From Ranitomeya imitator (lineage: Eukaryota), in NCBI RefSeq assembly GCF_032444005.1, contig NC_091284.1, forward strand, positions 829,436,001 to 829,500,000: a DNA stretch of 64,000 nucleotides, given 5' to 3'. The notes below the pieces were generated by a model. That model ran no database searches and had not been told where the DNA came from. It saw only the letters and a program-made list of their open reading frames with translations. Position 1 is the first letter of the stretch; each line of letters starts with the position of its first letter. Both the position numbers and the translations under genes were made by a program. Of the stretch, positions 35,389-50,312 are shown piece by piece.

Positions 35389-36397
35389 GTTGTACCTGCA
35401 GCCTCCACTAGGGGGAGCTCCCTGTGTACACAGATACATGATAAGATCCTGTCTGCAGTCACCACTAGGGGGAGCTCCCTGTATACAGAGATACATGATA
35501 AAATCCTGTCTGCAGTCACCACTAGGGGGAGCTCCCTGTATACAGAGATACATGATAAGATCCTGTCTGCAGCCACCACTAGGGGGAGCTCCCTGTATAC
35601 AGAGATACATGATAAGATCCTGTCTGCAGCCACCACTAGGGGGAGCTCTCTGTATACAGAGATACATGATAAGATCCTGTCTGCAGCCACCACTAGGGGG
35701 AGCTCCCTGTATACAGAGATACATGATAAGATTCTGTCTGCAGCCACCACTAGGGGGAGCTCCCTGTATACAGAGATACATGATAAGATCCTGTCTGCAG
35801 TCACCACTAGGGGGAGCTCCCTGTATACAGAGATACATGATAAGATCCTGTCTGCAGCCACCACTAGGGGGAGCTCCCTGTATACAGAGATACATGATAA
35901 GATCCTGTCTGCAGTCACCACTAGGGGGAGCTCCCTGTATATAGAGATACATGATAAGATCCTGTCTGCAGCCACCACTAGGGGGAGCTCCCTGTATACA
36001 GAGATACATGATAAGATCCTGTCTGCAGCCACCACTAGGGGGAGCTCCCTGTATATAGAGATACATGATAAGATCCTGTCTGCAGTCACCACTAGGGGGA
36101 GCTCCCTGTATACAGAGATACATGATAAGATCCTGTCTGCAGCCACCACTAGGGGGAGCTCCCTGTATACAGAGATACATGATAAGATTCTGTCTGCAGC
36201 CACCACTAGGGGGAGCTCCCTGTATACAGAGATATATGATAAGATCATGTCTGCAGTCACCACTAGGGGGAGCTCCCTGTATACAGAGACGCATGATAAG
36301 ATCCTGTCTGCAGTCACCACTAGGGGGAGCTCCCTGTATGCAGAGATACATGATAAGATCCTGTCTGCAGCCACCACTAGGGGGAGCTCCCTGTATG
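35389..36397. repeat. 57-bp minisatellite H (about 17-18 units) with a CTCF-like core
   Basis: Unit TGTATACAGAGATACATGATAAGATCCTGTCTGCAGCCACCACTAGGGGGAGCTCCC; 19-aa period in the ORFs. Confidence 0.95.
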
Positions 36398-37653
36398 TAC
36401 ATCTATATAATCGTCTAAGGCAGTGGTCACCAACCTTTCTGACTTTGAGAGCCACATTCAGCTTAGAGGGTCGCGAGCCACATTCAGTACTGAGAAAGGA
36501 TTGCGAGCCACAACCAGCTCCCACCCCCTTCAAAGTAGTGTCAACCAAAGCCCCCATTAGAGGTATAATGATAACCAAAGCTTTTCCACAGAAATCACTC
36601 CAGAGCAGTACACTGAGATCCAGGGGTCCCCACAATACCCCCATTCAGTATTCTCCAAACACACGGTCACATCCAGCTTTGAGCACCTCTTCTAACAGGT
36701 AGTACCATCCTCCAGCATACCATACCTAAAACATCTCTAAACCCCTAAGGCCGGCTTCACACTTGCGAGTTTTACGGACGTAAGAGCGCAGAAACTACGT
36801 CCGTAAAACTCGCAAAACATACGGCACAATTATTCTCTATGCCCCTGCTCCTGTCTGCCGTATTAAACTGATCAGTATTATACGGCTTTCTACGGCCATA
36901 GAAAATTGCAGCATGCTGCGTTTGTCACCGTATTGCGCAAATAAAACGTCAATGAAAGTCTATGGAAGCCCCAAAAATACAAATTACACACGGACCAGTA
37001 GTGTGACTTGCGAGGAATACGCAGCGCTGTTAGAGAGAAAAGCCGGCAATTCAGTGCGGTGTACAGTAAAATCACACTGACAGCTTACAGTAGAATAGGT
37101 AGAATAAATGTGTCCACACAGAATAGGATATATATATATATTTTTTTTTAATATTTATTCCAGCGCTAGACAGCTTTAAAGCCGGTAATTCAATTACCGG
37201 CTTTTGCTTTCTCCTTCCTAAACCCGACATGATATGAGACATGATTACATACAGTAAACCATCTCATATCACCATTTTTTTGCATATTCCACACTACTAA
37301 TGTCAGTAGTGTGTATATGCAAAATTTGTGCGCTCTAGCTATTAAATTTAAGGGTTAAATGGCGGAAAAAATTGGCGTGGGCTCCCGCACAATTTTCTCC
37401 GCCAGAGTAGTAAAGCCAGTGACTGAGGGCAGATATTAATAGCCTGGAGAGGGTCCACGGTTATTGCCCCCCCCCCCTGGCTAAAAACATCTGCCCCCAG
37501 CCACCCCAGAAAAGGCACATCTGGAAGATGCGCCTATTCTGGCACTTGGCCACTCTCTTCCCATTCCCGTGTAGCGGTGGGATATGGGGTAATGAAGGGT
37601 TAATGCCACCTTGCTATTGTAAGGTGACATTAAGCCAGATTAATAATGGAGAG

Positions 37654-38428
37654 TAGTGTTGAGCATTCCGATACCGCAAGTATCGGGTATCGGCCGATAC
37701 TTGCGGTATCGGAATTCCGATACCGAGATCCGATATTTTTGTGATATCGGGTATCGGTATCGGAAGTGTAAAATAAAGAATTAAAATAAAAAATATTGTT
37801 ATATTCACCTCTCCGGCGGCCCCTGGACATCAGCGGGAGGATCCGGCGTCCGGCACGGCTTCTTTCTTCAAAATGCGCGCCTTCAGGACCTGTGGAATGA
37901 CGTCCCGGCTTCTGATTGGTCGCGTGCCGCCCATGTGACCGCCACGCGACCAATCAGAAGCCGCGACGTCATTCCTCAGCTAAAGTCCTAGAATGAGCGC
38001 CTTCTAGGACCTGAGGAATGACGTCGCGGCTTCTGATTGGTCGCGTGGCGGTCACATGGGCGGCACGCGACCAATCAGAAGCCGGGACGTCATTCCACAG
38101 GTCCTGAAGGCGCGCATTTTGAAGAAAGAAGCCGTGCCGGACGCCGGATCCTCCCGCTGATGTCCAGGGGCCGCCGGAGAGGTGAATATAACAATATTTT
38201 TTATTTTAATTCTTTATTTTACACTTTAATATGGATCCCAGGGCCTGAAGGAGAGTTTCCTCTCCTTCAGACCCTGGGATCCATGAGGATACCTTCCGAT
38301 ACTTGATGTCCCATTGACTTGTATTGGTATCGGATATCGGTATCGGCGATATCCGATATTTTTCGGGTATCGGCCGATACTATCCGATACCGATACTTTC
38401 AAGTATCGGACGGTATCGCTCAACACTA
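37654..38428. mobile_element. hAT-type palindromic MITE inside the Harbinger MITE
   Basis: TIR TAGTGTTGAGC; perfect 8-bp TSD ATGGAGAG; the empty site is preserved in the opposite arm near 39315. Confidence 0.92.
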
Positions 38429-39849
38429 ATGGAGAGGTGTCAATTATGACACCTATCCATTATTAATCCAATACTAGTAAAGGGTTAAAAAATACACACA
38501 CATTATTAAAAATTATTTTAATGAAATAAATACAAAAGTTGTTTAAATATTTTATTTAACGCCCAATCCAATCACTGAAGACCCTCGATCTGTAACAAAA
38601 AAAAACATAATAAACCAACAATATCCTTACCTTCCGCAGATCTGTAAAGTCCAACGATGTAAATCCATCTGAAGGGGTTAAAATATTTTGCAGACACGAG
38701 CTTCGCTATAATGCAACGTTGCTCATGTCTGCAAAACCCCGGAGAATGTAGGTAAAGTAGGTCATTGACCTATATTTAGCTTCATTTGCGGTGAGGCGCC
38801 CTCTGCTGGCTGTTCCTAGATCGTGGGAACTTTCCTAGAAAGCTCCCTGGCTCGAGATCATAAGATGCGCCCTCTGCTGGTTGTCCTCATATGAACTCGA
38901 GCCTGGGAGCTTTCTAGGAAAGTTCCCACGATCTAGGAACAGCCAGCAGAGGGCGCCTCACCGCAAATGCAGGTAAATATAGGTCAATGACCTACTTTAC
39001 CTACATTCTCCGGGGTTTTGCAGACATGAGCAGCTGCATTAGCAAAGCTCGTGGCTGCAAAATATTTTAACCTCTTCAGATGGATTTACATCGTTGGACT
39101 TTACAGATCTGCGGAAGGTAAGGATATTGTTGGTTTATTATGTTTTTTTTGTTACAGAACGAGGGTCTTCAGTGATTGGATTGGGCGTTAAATAAAATAT
39201 TTAAACAACTTTTGTTTTTATTTCATTAAAATATTTTTTAATAATTTGTTTGTGTATTTTTTTAACCCTTTACTAGTATTGGATTAATAATGGATAGGTG
39301 TCATAATTGACGCCTCTCCATTATTAATTAGGCTTAATGTCACCTTACAATAGCAAGGTGACATTAACCCTTCATTACCCCATATCCCACCGCTACACGG
39401 GAATGGGAAGAGAGTGGCCAAGTGCCAGAATAGGCGCATCTTACAGATGTGCTTTTTCTGGGGTGGCTGGGGGCAGATGTTTTTAGCCAGGGGGGGGCCA
39501 ATAACCGTGGACCCTCTCCAGGCTATTAATATCTGCCCTCAGTCACTGGCTTTACTACTCTGGCGGAGAAAATTGTGTGGGAGCCCACGCCAATTTTTTC
39601 CGCCATTTAACCCTTTAATTTACTAGCTAGAACGGCCAAATTTTGCATATACACACTACTGACATTAGTAGTGTGGAATATGCAAAAAAAATGGGGATAT
39701 GAGATGGTTTACTGTATGTAATCATGTCTCAAATCATGTCGGGTTTAGGAAGGAGAAAGAAAAAGCCGGTAATTGAATTACCGGCTTTCTGCTATATCGC
39801 GCTGTATGAAGTAATAATATATATACATATATGTGTCTCACTGACTATA

Positions 39850-39855
<6 letters not shown>

Positions 39856-39934
<79 letters not shown>

Positions 39935-39935
39935 T
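39856..39935. repeat. (TA)n(CA)n microsatellite
   Basis: Directly visible. Confidence 0.95.
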
Positions 39936-40816
39936 ACAGTGCATGTTTTTTTTTTTACACATGGATCCCTTGTATAGCCGTATGTCGGTTTGGCAAGCCT
40001 GCGATAAAACCACGCAGTACGGATGCCATACGGATTACATACGGAGGATGCCATGCGCAAAAAACGCTGACACACCCTGCCTACGGAGGAGCTACGGACC
40101 ACTATTTTGGGGACTTTTCAGCGTATTACGGCCGTAATATACGGACCGTATTTTCATATGCCGAGTGTGAAGCCGGCCTAAGACCAATAAATGTGCGTCC
40201 AGTCTGCACTTCTGTGCAGGGCTACTCACAAAATTCACCATTTTGAGATTTGCTCTTCATACCTGTTTGCTAGACCTGGAGCTAATGCACCAAGCTGACA
40301 GACAGTCGCGAGCCACAATTCATGTGGCTCCCGAGCTACAGGTTGGGGAGCCCTGGTCTAAGGGGTACTTCCGTCTGTCTGTCTGTCACAGAAACCCGCG
40401 TCGCTGATTCGTCGTGGCCAGCCACAACCAATCAGCGACAGACTTAGTCCGGCCGTGAATTGGCCCCTCCCTAGTCCCCTCCAGTCAGCGCCAGTGTGTC
40501 GCCCCATCCCGGACCAACTTTTTACTATTAATGCAGCCAATGCAGCATCAATAGTAAAAAGATATGTTAAAAATAATTTAAAAAAAAAAAAAAAAAAAAA
40601 AATTGTGCTATTCTCACCTTCCGCCACAAGACCGCTAAGTCATCTGGGTAATTTCGCAATGCATCTCTGGGAATGGAAGCTGGCGGCAGCAAAGCGCGTA
40701 TAGGGACAGCTTCGCTGGACAACGGCGGGTGAGTATATAACTTTTTTTATTTCAATTATTTTTTTTTAACAGGGATATGTGCCCACATTGCTATATACTA
40801 CATGGGCTGTGTTATA

Positions 40817-42657
<1,841 letters not shown>

Positions 42658-44410
42658 GTGGGCAGTGTTACATACTACGTGGGCTGTGCTATATACTACT
42701 ATACATATTCTAGAATACCCGATGCGTTAGAATCGGGCCACCATCTAGTATATAAAAGCCTCAGCCCTCGTGGCCGCGCTCCAGTGACAGTCGGACGTTT
42801 TGCTTATATTCTTTTTTTTTTTTTATTGGGGATAAAACCCTGCAGTTTCAGAAAGGAGCCAGAGTGGCGGAGGCAGGCAGTGAGCGGAGACGGACGACAG
42901 ATCGCAAAATGCTTCTTCCTTTTATTGTTTACAAGGATAGTGATCGGCCTGTAGACGGAGCGTCGCACACACACGGCTGAGCCGCTCATCTCTTGCGGAA
43001 TTATTTCACCCATTTAACGATGTACAATAACAAAAGAATTCCATCAAACAAATAAAAAGCTAAAGGACAGAAAAAAAAAAAAAGCTGTGGGGTTTTCTAT
43101 GGAGCGTGCGGCTCTGGCCGAGTACGGACGTCCTATCCGCTAGCATCTATAGGTGGCGCTGTGCCGAGCGGCCTACTGACGACAGAGTGGACGTATGAAG
43201 GGTTAATGATATATATATATGTTCTATGTTGTTTGGTGTTGCAGGGCAGTCCCATGCACTTTAGTATGCAAAGCTGCAATACCGGACACAACCTGCATCC
43301 AGGGGTGGCGCTGTTTCTGGACAGTAGCTTTGTTTTTAAATCCTGCACAACCCCTTTAAGGCTGGGGCGGCTTGCAGATTTTGTCCCAATTTTACCAGCA
43401 ATCGTGGGCGGAGCCAGAACTTTAAAGGGGCCATCATTAAAAGTCCTTGAGTCGTCCTCCATCAGTTTCTAGGAGAGATGGGCGATGGCCGCAGTTTTAG
43501 GTCCCCAGCTAGAAAACAGACTACAGAGGCGGCTCTTATAATTCAGGGCGATGACCCCCCGGGTGTCGGCCATATTGATTGTGGCAGAGCGGGTGTAACA
43601 AAAGAAAAAAGAAAAAAAAAAAAAAAAGCGGGAGCCTTTCTGCTGGAATGGATGGAAGTTTGGAGTTGGATGATGGGAGTCGTGTGTGAATCGTGGGAGT
43701 CGTGTGTGAATAGTGGGCTCAGTGGTGCAGAGGGCGGGTGGGTGATACTGTGCCCAGAGAAGCCGTCAACTGGTTTGGGTCTAATTTAGCAGTTGGGGGG
43801 GGGGGGGGGGGGGCTCTATTGATATTGGGATTGTCCTGAACTCACAATTTCGTCTTTATACTCCAGTTACACCAAAAGCTGCAGCCACAAGTGGCAGCAC
43901 TCTGCTGGAGGAAGGCAATCCGGGATATGCCCAGAGTTAGGACTGCCAAGATGCAATGCACTCAAGGTTACCCCCCCCTGTATTCCTAGAACCACTCCCG
44001 CAATGCAAAATTGTGATTGCAGCTTGGGAGGTGACTAGAGTACAGCGGGAGTAACTGTGGAATCGCCGATGCAAGGCATATAAGCCAAGATGTAAGAGCA
44101 GTATTACGAGTGCAGCTCTGAATGTGATTGGGGTGTAACAAACAGCATGGACGGGCACAATTGTGAATGCAGCTCCGGATGTGACTGGAGTAGACGACCT
44201 GTAAAGCAGCTGATGCTTAATTAGAGGGGTTACCCGTTAAGGAATCTACCAGATAAGCGGCGATATCTCACAGATCCACGTCCCCCGGGCTCTGAGGCGA
44301 GCGGGATACAGTGCCCTTGTATAGCGCCCCTCGGGGGTGGGGAGACGTTCCTGCAGGGTGGGGTCGGCTCTGCGGTATCCCTCTCAGCGCAGACATGTGG
44401 AGGCGCCATA

Positions 44411-44597
44411 CTATTTCATCTTCTTCTCGGAGGACAGACTGTCGTGGAGTTTGGAGACTTCGGGCTCGAACAAGTCCATGACCAACGTGCCGCTCTCATC
44501 GAAGAACTTGGCTATGGATCTGGTGAACTCAGCGTCACGCTGCTGCTTGCTCCGGCCGCTGATGAAGGTGACCTTCAGGGTGTACTTATCATCGAAC
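44411..44597 (-). CDS. SPCS2: Signal peptidase complex subunit 2, exon 5
   Basis: (R)[61 protein letters not shown]; acceptor CCAG|G. Confidence 0.96.
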
Positions 44598-44647
44598 CTG
44601 GCGGAAAGGGCGAGATGTCAGGAAAGTGGGGTAAGGCTGGAGAACGC

Positions 44648-45125
44648 CTGCGAGTCCCGCCTCCATCCCCTGGAACAAAGCCCGCGAGTCCCGCCTGCAT
44701 CCCAGAGACAAAGCCCGCGAGTCCCGCCTCCATTCCCCGAAACAAAAGCCGGCGAGTCCCGCCTCCATCCCCAGGAACAAAGCCCGCAAGTCCCGCCTGC
44801 ATCCCAGAGACAAAGCCCGCGAGTCCCGCCTGCATCCCAGAGACAAAGCCCGCGAGTCCCGCCTCCATTCCCCGGAACAAAAGCCCGCGAGTCCCGCCTC
44901 CATTCCCCGAAACAAAATCTCGCGAGTCCCGCCTCCATTCCCCGAAACAAAATCCCACCTCCATTCCCCGGAACAAAATCCCGCCTCCATTCCCCGGAAC
45001 AAAATCCCGCCTCCATTCCCCGGAACAAAATCCCGCCTCCATTCCCCGGAACAAAATCCCGCCTCCATTCCCCGGAACAAATCCCGCCTCCATTCCCCGG
45101 AACAAAGCCCGCGAGTCCCGCCTCC
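44648..45125. repeat. Minisatellite I in SPCS2 intron 4
   Basis: Mixed units of GCGAGTCCCGCCTCCATTCCCCGGAACAAA(A). Confidence 0.9.
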
Positions 45126-45326
45126 AACCCACAGACATCTCACAAGTTCAGTCTCTCCCTCCAGAGAAAGCAAAACAAAATTGTGCACCCCTATGACCAG
45201 TGAAAGAGGAAGCCATGAGTCCTGTCCCCCCTCTGATCGTGGACGCTTTGCTCCTTCTGCCGTCAGTTCTTATGATGAACAGTTATCACAGCTGACAACT
45301 AGTGATACCCGGGAAGTGCTCCTCAC

Positions 45327-45461
45327 CTCTTCAGACTGGAGGACAGGTGCCAGATGTCATCCGGGTCCATTCCTGCCGGGTCTTTTCTGTGGGCGACCAG
45401 GAAAATGCTCTTCTCCTTATATGAGGTATAAACGGTCAGGACGCCCATCATCAGGAAATAA
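45327..45461 (-). CDS. SPCS2: SPCS2 exon 4 (135 nt)
   Basis: [44 protein letters not shown]; AC acceptor; donor AG|GTGAGG. Confidence 0.96.
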
Positions 45462-45767
45462 GTGACCGAGGGTTAAGGAAAGAATGGACTACAAGTCCCA
45501 GCATACCAGGGTAGGTTTAAAAGTGCTGGATGGAAACCTGATTAGCCCTATTCACTGACAGCAAGCAGAGACCTCGAGAGTCAGGATTAATTACAACTTT
45601 ATGGAAAGAACTTTAACCAGTAAAGAGCTACGATGCCTGGTCCATTATCAGATCTCAGATTACTGTCAGTGAACGGAAACCTTCATCTCACACCCACAAG
45701 ACGCCGGCGGCACAACGGGCACATTGTACTCCAAGTGTCCACCCGAGAACGACAGCAAAAAGGATAT
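45462..45767 (-). other. SPCS2: U12-type (minor spliceosome) AT-AC intron 3 of SPCS2
   Basis: 5' end ATATCCTTTT; branch box TTCCTTAAC (45480-45472); 3' end AC. Using these ends keeps the frame (TC|T Ser). Confidence 0.95.
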
Positions 45768-45928
45768 GAGATAACGCAGAAGGCAAGAACGGGCTTAGAT
45801 TCTGGGAAGGGATGAAGATAATCCCACACCAAGGCTACGATGGCGAACAGACAGGAGATGGTGCAGATGACGAGGCGGCCGTCAATCAGGCAGAAGTTCT
45901 CCACGTACTTGTACTTCTCCAGGAGAAC
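45768..45928 (-). CDS. SPCS2: SPCS2 exon 3 (161 nt)
   Basis: [54 protein letters not shown]; acceptor CTCAG|G. Confidence 0.96.
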
Positions 45929-46015
45929 CTGAGGGAGGAAGAGCACAAGATCCAGAAAAGTGGAATTGATGAAAGTGGCCTAAATAAAGGCTGTTACCAT
46001 CGGTCGTGCCATCTA

Positions 46016-46528
46016 TCTATATAATCGTCTAAGGGGTACTTCTGTCTTCCAGTCAGTGCCAGTGTGTCGCCCCATCCCGAACCAACTTTTTACTATTGAT
46101 GCTCCCTATGCAGCATCAATAGTAAAGAGATAGAATGGTAAAAATAATAATAATAAAAAAAAGTGTGCTATTCTCACCTTCCGCCGTCCACCGATGCACG
46201 CGATGCTGCCGCCAGCTTCCGTTCCCAGTGATGCATTGAGAAATTACCACGATGACTTAGCGTTATCTGGGCAATTTCTCAACGCATCACTGGGAAAGTA
46301 AGCTGGCGGCAGCATCGCGGGCAGACAGCGTCGGTGGACACTGGAGGGCGAGTATATAACTTTTATATTTTATTTTTTTAACAGGGATATGATGCGTGGG
46401 CCGTCCGTTACATACTGCGTGGCCGTCCGTTACATACTGCGTGGCCGTCCGTTACATACTGCGTGGCCGTCCGTTACATACTGCATATTCTAGAATACCC
46501 GATGCTTTAGAATCGGGCCACCATCTAG
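46016..46528 (+). mobile_element. Short non-autonomous Helitron in SPCS2 intron 2
   Basis: Same TCTATATAATCGTCTAAGGGGTAC 5' end and hairpin+CTAG 3' end as 36402-42748; short internal 22-bp repeat. Confidence 0.75.
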
Positions 46529-46629
46529 CATGTACGGATTTGTGCCATCCACGTCTCCAAACACAATGATATTATAACACCTGGGGCACTTCTACCGCCA
46601 GAGGCCAGGGCTTCTCTTGTCCACAGTGG

Positions 46630-48497
46630 GCAGTATTATAGTAGTTATATTCTTTTACATAGGGGCAGTATTATAGTAGTTATATTCTTGTACATAGGGG
46701 CAGTATTATAGTAGTTATATTCTTTTACATAGGGGGCAGTATTATAGTAGTTATATTCTTGTACATAGGGAGCAGTATTATAGTAGTTATATTCTTGTAC
46801 ATAGGGGGCAGTATTATAGTAGTTATATTCTTGTACATAGGAGGCAGTATTATAGTAGTTATATTCTTGTACATAGGGGCAGTATTATAGTAGTTATATT
46901 CTTGTACATAGGGGCAGTATTATAGTAGTTATATTCTTGTACATAGGAGCAGTATTATAGTAGTTATAGTCTTGTACATAGGGGGCAGTATTATAGTAGT
47001 TATATTCTTGTACATAGGGGCAGTATTATAGTAGTTATATTCTTGTACATAATGGCAGTATTATAGTAGTTATATTCTTGTACATAATGGCAGTATTATA
47101 GTAGTTATATTCTTGTACATAGGGGCAGTATTATAGTAGTTATATTCTTGTACATAGGGGCAGTATTATAGTAGTTATATTCTTGTACATAGGGGCAGTA
47201 TTATAGTAGTTATATTCTTGTACATAGGGGCAGTATTATAGTAGTTATATTCTTGTACATAGGGGCAGTATTATAGTAGTTATATTCTTGTACATAGGGG
47301 CAGTATTATAGTAGTTATATTCTTGTACATGGGGGCAGTATTATAGTAGTTATATTCTTGTACATGGGGGCAGTATTATAGTAGTTATATTCTTGTACAT
47401 AGGGGCAGTATTATAGCAGTTATATTCCTGTACATAGGGGCAGTATTATAGCAGTTATATTCTTGTATATAAGGGCAGTATTATAGTAGTTATATTCTTG
47501 TACATAGGGGCAGTATTATAGCAGTTATATTCCTGTACATAGGGGCAGTATTATAGCAGTTATATTCTTGTATATAAGGGCAGTATTATAGTAGTTATAT
47601 TCTTGTACATAGGGGCAGTATTATAGTAGATATATTCTTGTACATAGGAGCAGTATTATAGTAGTTATATTCTTGTACATAGGAGCAGTATTATAGTAGT
47701 TATATTCTTGTACATAGGAGCAGTATTATAGTAGATATATTCTTGTACATAGGAGCAGTATTATAGTAGATATATTCTTGTACATAGGAGCAGTATTATA
47801 GTAGTTATATTCTTGTACATAGGAGCAGTATTATAGTAGTTATATTCTTGTACATAGGAGCAGTATTATAGTAGTTATATTCTTGTACATAGGAGCAGTA
47901 TTATAGTAGTTATATTCTTGTACATAGGAGCAGTATTATAGTAGATATATTCTTGTACATAGGAGCAGTATTATAGTAGATATATTCTTGTACATAGGAG
48001 CAGTATTATAGTAGTTATATTTTTGTACATAGGGGCAGTATTATAGTAGTTATATTCTTGTACATAGGAGCAGTATTATAGTAGCTATATTCTTGTACAT
48101 AGGGAGCAGTATTATAGTAGTTATATTCTTGTATATAGGGGCAGTATTATAGTAGTTATATTCTTGTACATAGGAGCAGTATTATAGTAGTTATATTCTT
48201 GTATATAGGGGCAGTATTATAGTAGTTATATTCTTGTATATAGGAGCAGTATTATAGTAGTTATATTTTTGTACACAGGAGCAGTATTATAGTAGTTATA
48301 TTCTTGTACATAGGAGCAGTATTATAGTAGATATATTCTTGTACATAGGAGCAGTATTATAGTAGATATATTCTTGTACATAGGAGCAGTATTATAGTAG
48401 TTATATTCTTGTATATTGGGGCAGTATTATAGTAGTTATATTTTTGTACATAGGGGCAGTATTATAGTATATTCTTGTACACAGGAGCAGTATTATG
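46630..48497. repeat. 35-bp AT-rich minisatellite J (about 53 units), SPCS2 intron 2
   Basis: Unit GGGGCAGTATTATAGTAGTTATATTCTTGTACATA. Confidence 0.96.
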
Positions 48498-48521
48498 GTA
48501 TGTGTTTCAGATCCTCGTTAC

Positions 48522-48605
48522 CTTTTTGGCGGCATCATCCAGAGAGTTCTTCACAGCGGATCCGTCCCACTTGTCAACTTTTACTGGCTTGTCATCAATT
48601 TTCCA
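48522..48605 (-). CDS. SPCS2: SPCS2 exon 2 (84 nt)
   Basis: WKIDDKPVKVDKWDGSAVKNSLDDAAKK; CCAG| acceptor; |GTAACG donor. Confidence 0.96.
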
Positions 48606-50159
48606 CTGGAGAAACAAACAGAATCATGACGTGATGAATAGAGGCGGTGATTGTTACATAGGACTGCTGCCTCTTATTGAGCTTGTAATGCAGGATTTAG
48701 GTGAAGTCTCCATCATGTACCAGGGGGCAATCTTTACCCGCTTTATCGCTCAGGCCCTCGCGCTTTCCTGCGGATGATTCCGTGTTCCCCTCCCACCACA
48801 TTACCGCGGCTTTATCACCTGCAAGTTGTGACTGAGGAGTCAATAGTCTAGGAGATAAATCCATGGGGTTGTGCGATTGGGGCAGAGAACTATCACCAGC
48901 CCTGAGACGGACGTCCGCCATGGCAGCAATGAGCGCCTCAGATCCACATAAAGGGGACGTCCACCTTCTAGAGTAAAACTTAAAGGGATCTTCCTTCATC
49001 CAAGATCACAGCGTCTCGCTTTATGTTGGGAGTCCCGGCTGTTAGACCTCATTGATCTTTAACCCCACTGTGATATGTGACAACTTAGGCCGGGTGCAGA
49101 CAATCCAGAACTGGCAGCACTATGGACGCAGCACATGTCCGCTGCCGGCTGTTGACCGCGGGGGAATCTGCACGTCCACCTCTCCCATTTCAGCATTTAC
49201 TGACCGTCTGCAGCTCCCTCACAGATAGACTCGGTGTAACTAACATCTCTGCCACCAGTGGTGACTGCAGCGTCACACAGCCGGCACCTGCCACCGGCAG
49301 AAGGGATCAGAGCCAGCTCCTTTCACTGCCTTTATAACCATTTAGAGGCTGCAGTCATACATGCCAGGCCTGTTGGTCTCTACACCAAAACAAAACGGAT
49401 TACTGCTGCCCCCGGACGGCTCCTGTGACCACCATGCCGGCCCCCTGGGACAATATCAATTAGAATGAAGTAATACAGTATATAGAGCAAACGATTATTC
49501 TAAAAAATTCTCCAGGAGCTTCCATCGCCAACATGATCCCGGGGGCTGGTAATCTGCGGACGCCGTCCATGCTGGTCAGTACGATCCTCATGTGAACGTC
49601 GGCTCGTGTCCGGCAATCATAGGAGGAGGTCACTGTCTCTGTACGTAATGAGGCCGATGCTCCAGGTACAGAACGAGCCATCGAACGATCGCAGCTTCAA
49701 GTCTCCTAAGGAGACTACTGACACAAAGAAAAAGGGAGACAAGCTTTTCTGAAAACAGGGAGAAGAAAAAAAAAAAAAATACAAAAGTTTAAACTCTCTC
49801 CCCCCCCCCACCCCCTAAAAAAATATATATAAAAAAAATATACATATTTGGCATAAATGCCCGATCTACCTAAATAAAGAGTAGATGAATCCAATCGGCA
49901 AACAGTGCAACCCGGAATAAAAAAAAAAAAATAAAAAAAATTTCTGGGGTTTTCTGGCTGCAGCAATATTGCAATAACCGGCGATTAAGGTTATGCGCCC
50001 ATGTTGCGGATTCGCGAGCAGATGTTTCCTCACCGTTTTTGTAAAATCTGCAGGTAAAATGCACTGCGTTCAACCTGCTGATTTACTGCGGAATTTCTGA
50101 GGTTTTTGTGTCGCAGAGCCAATCGAGTTGTGGCAGCTCTAGCCCCCATGGAGACTTAT

Positions 50160-50312
50160 NNNNNNNNNNNNNNNNNNNNNNNNNNNNNNNNNNNNNNNNN
50201 NNNNNNNNNNNNNNNNNNNNNNNNNNNNNNNNNNNNNNNNNNNNNNNNNNNNNNNNNNNNNNNNNNNNNNNNNNNNNNNNNNNNNNNNNNNNNNNNNNNN
50301 NNNNNNNNNNNN
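50160..50312. other. Assembly gap (153 N) in SPCS2 intron 1
   Basis: Run of N. Confidence 1.

Larger units (their letters stand above)
36749..40178. mobile_element. PIF/Harbinger-type MITE, long palindrome
   Basis: TIR GGCCGGCTTCACAC; 3-bp TSD TAA (36746-48 / 40179-81); inverted arms centred near 38875. Confidence 0.88.
36421..40355. mobile_element. hAT element (non-autonomous) inside the Helitron
   Basis: Perfect 8-bp TSD GTCTAAGG (36413-20 / 40356-63); imperfect TIR CAGTGGTCACCAACC / CAGGGCTCCCCAACC. Confidence 0.88.

Noticed and set aside
35098-36644. 434/421-aa ORFs with a 19-aa period
   Set aside because: Artefact of the 57-bp repeat.
45683-45767. ORF read-through after CVISY (PFCCRSR...) or a GT-AG intron 3 in SPCS2
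   Set aside because: Similarity ends at the ATATCCTT U12 donor; the AT-AC boundaries give the expected 161- and 135-nt exons.
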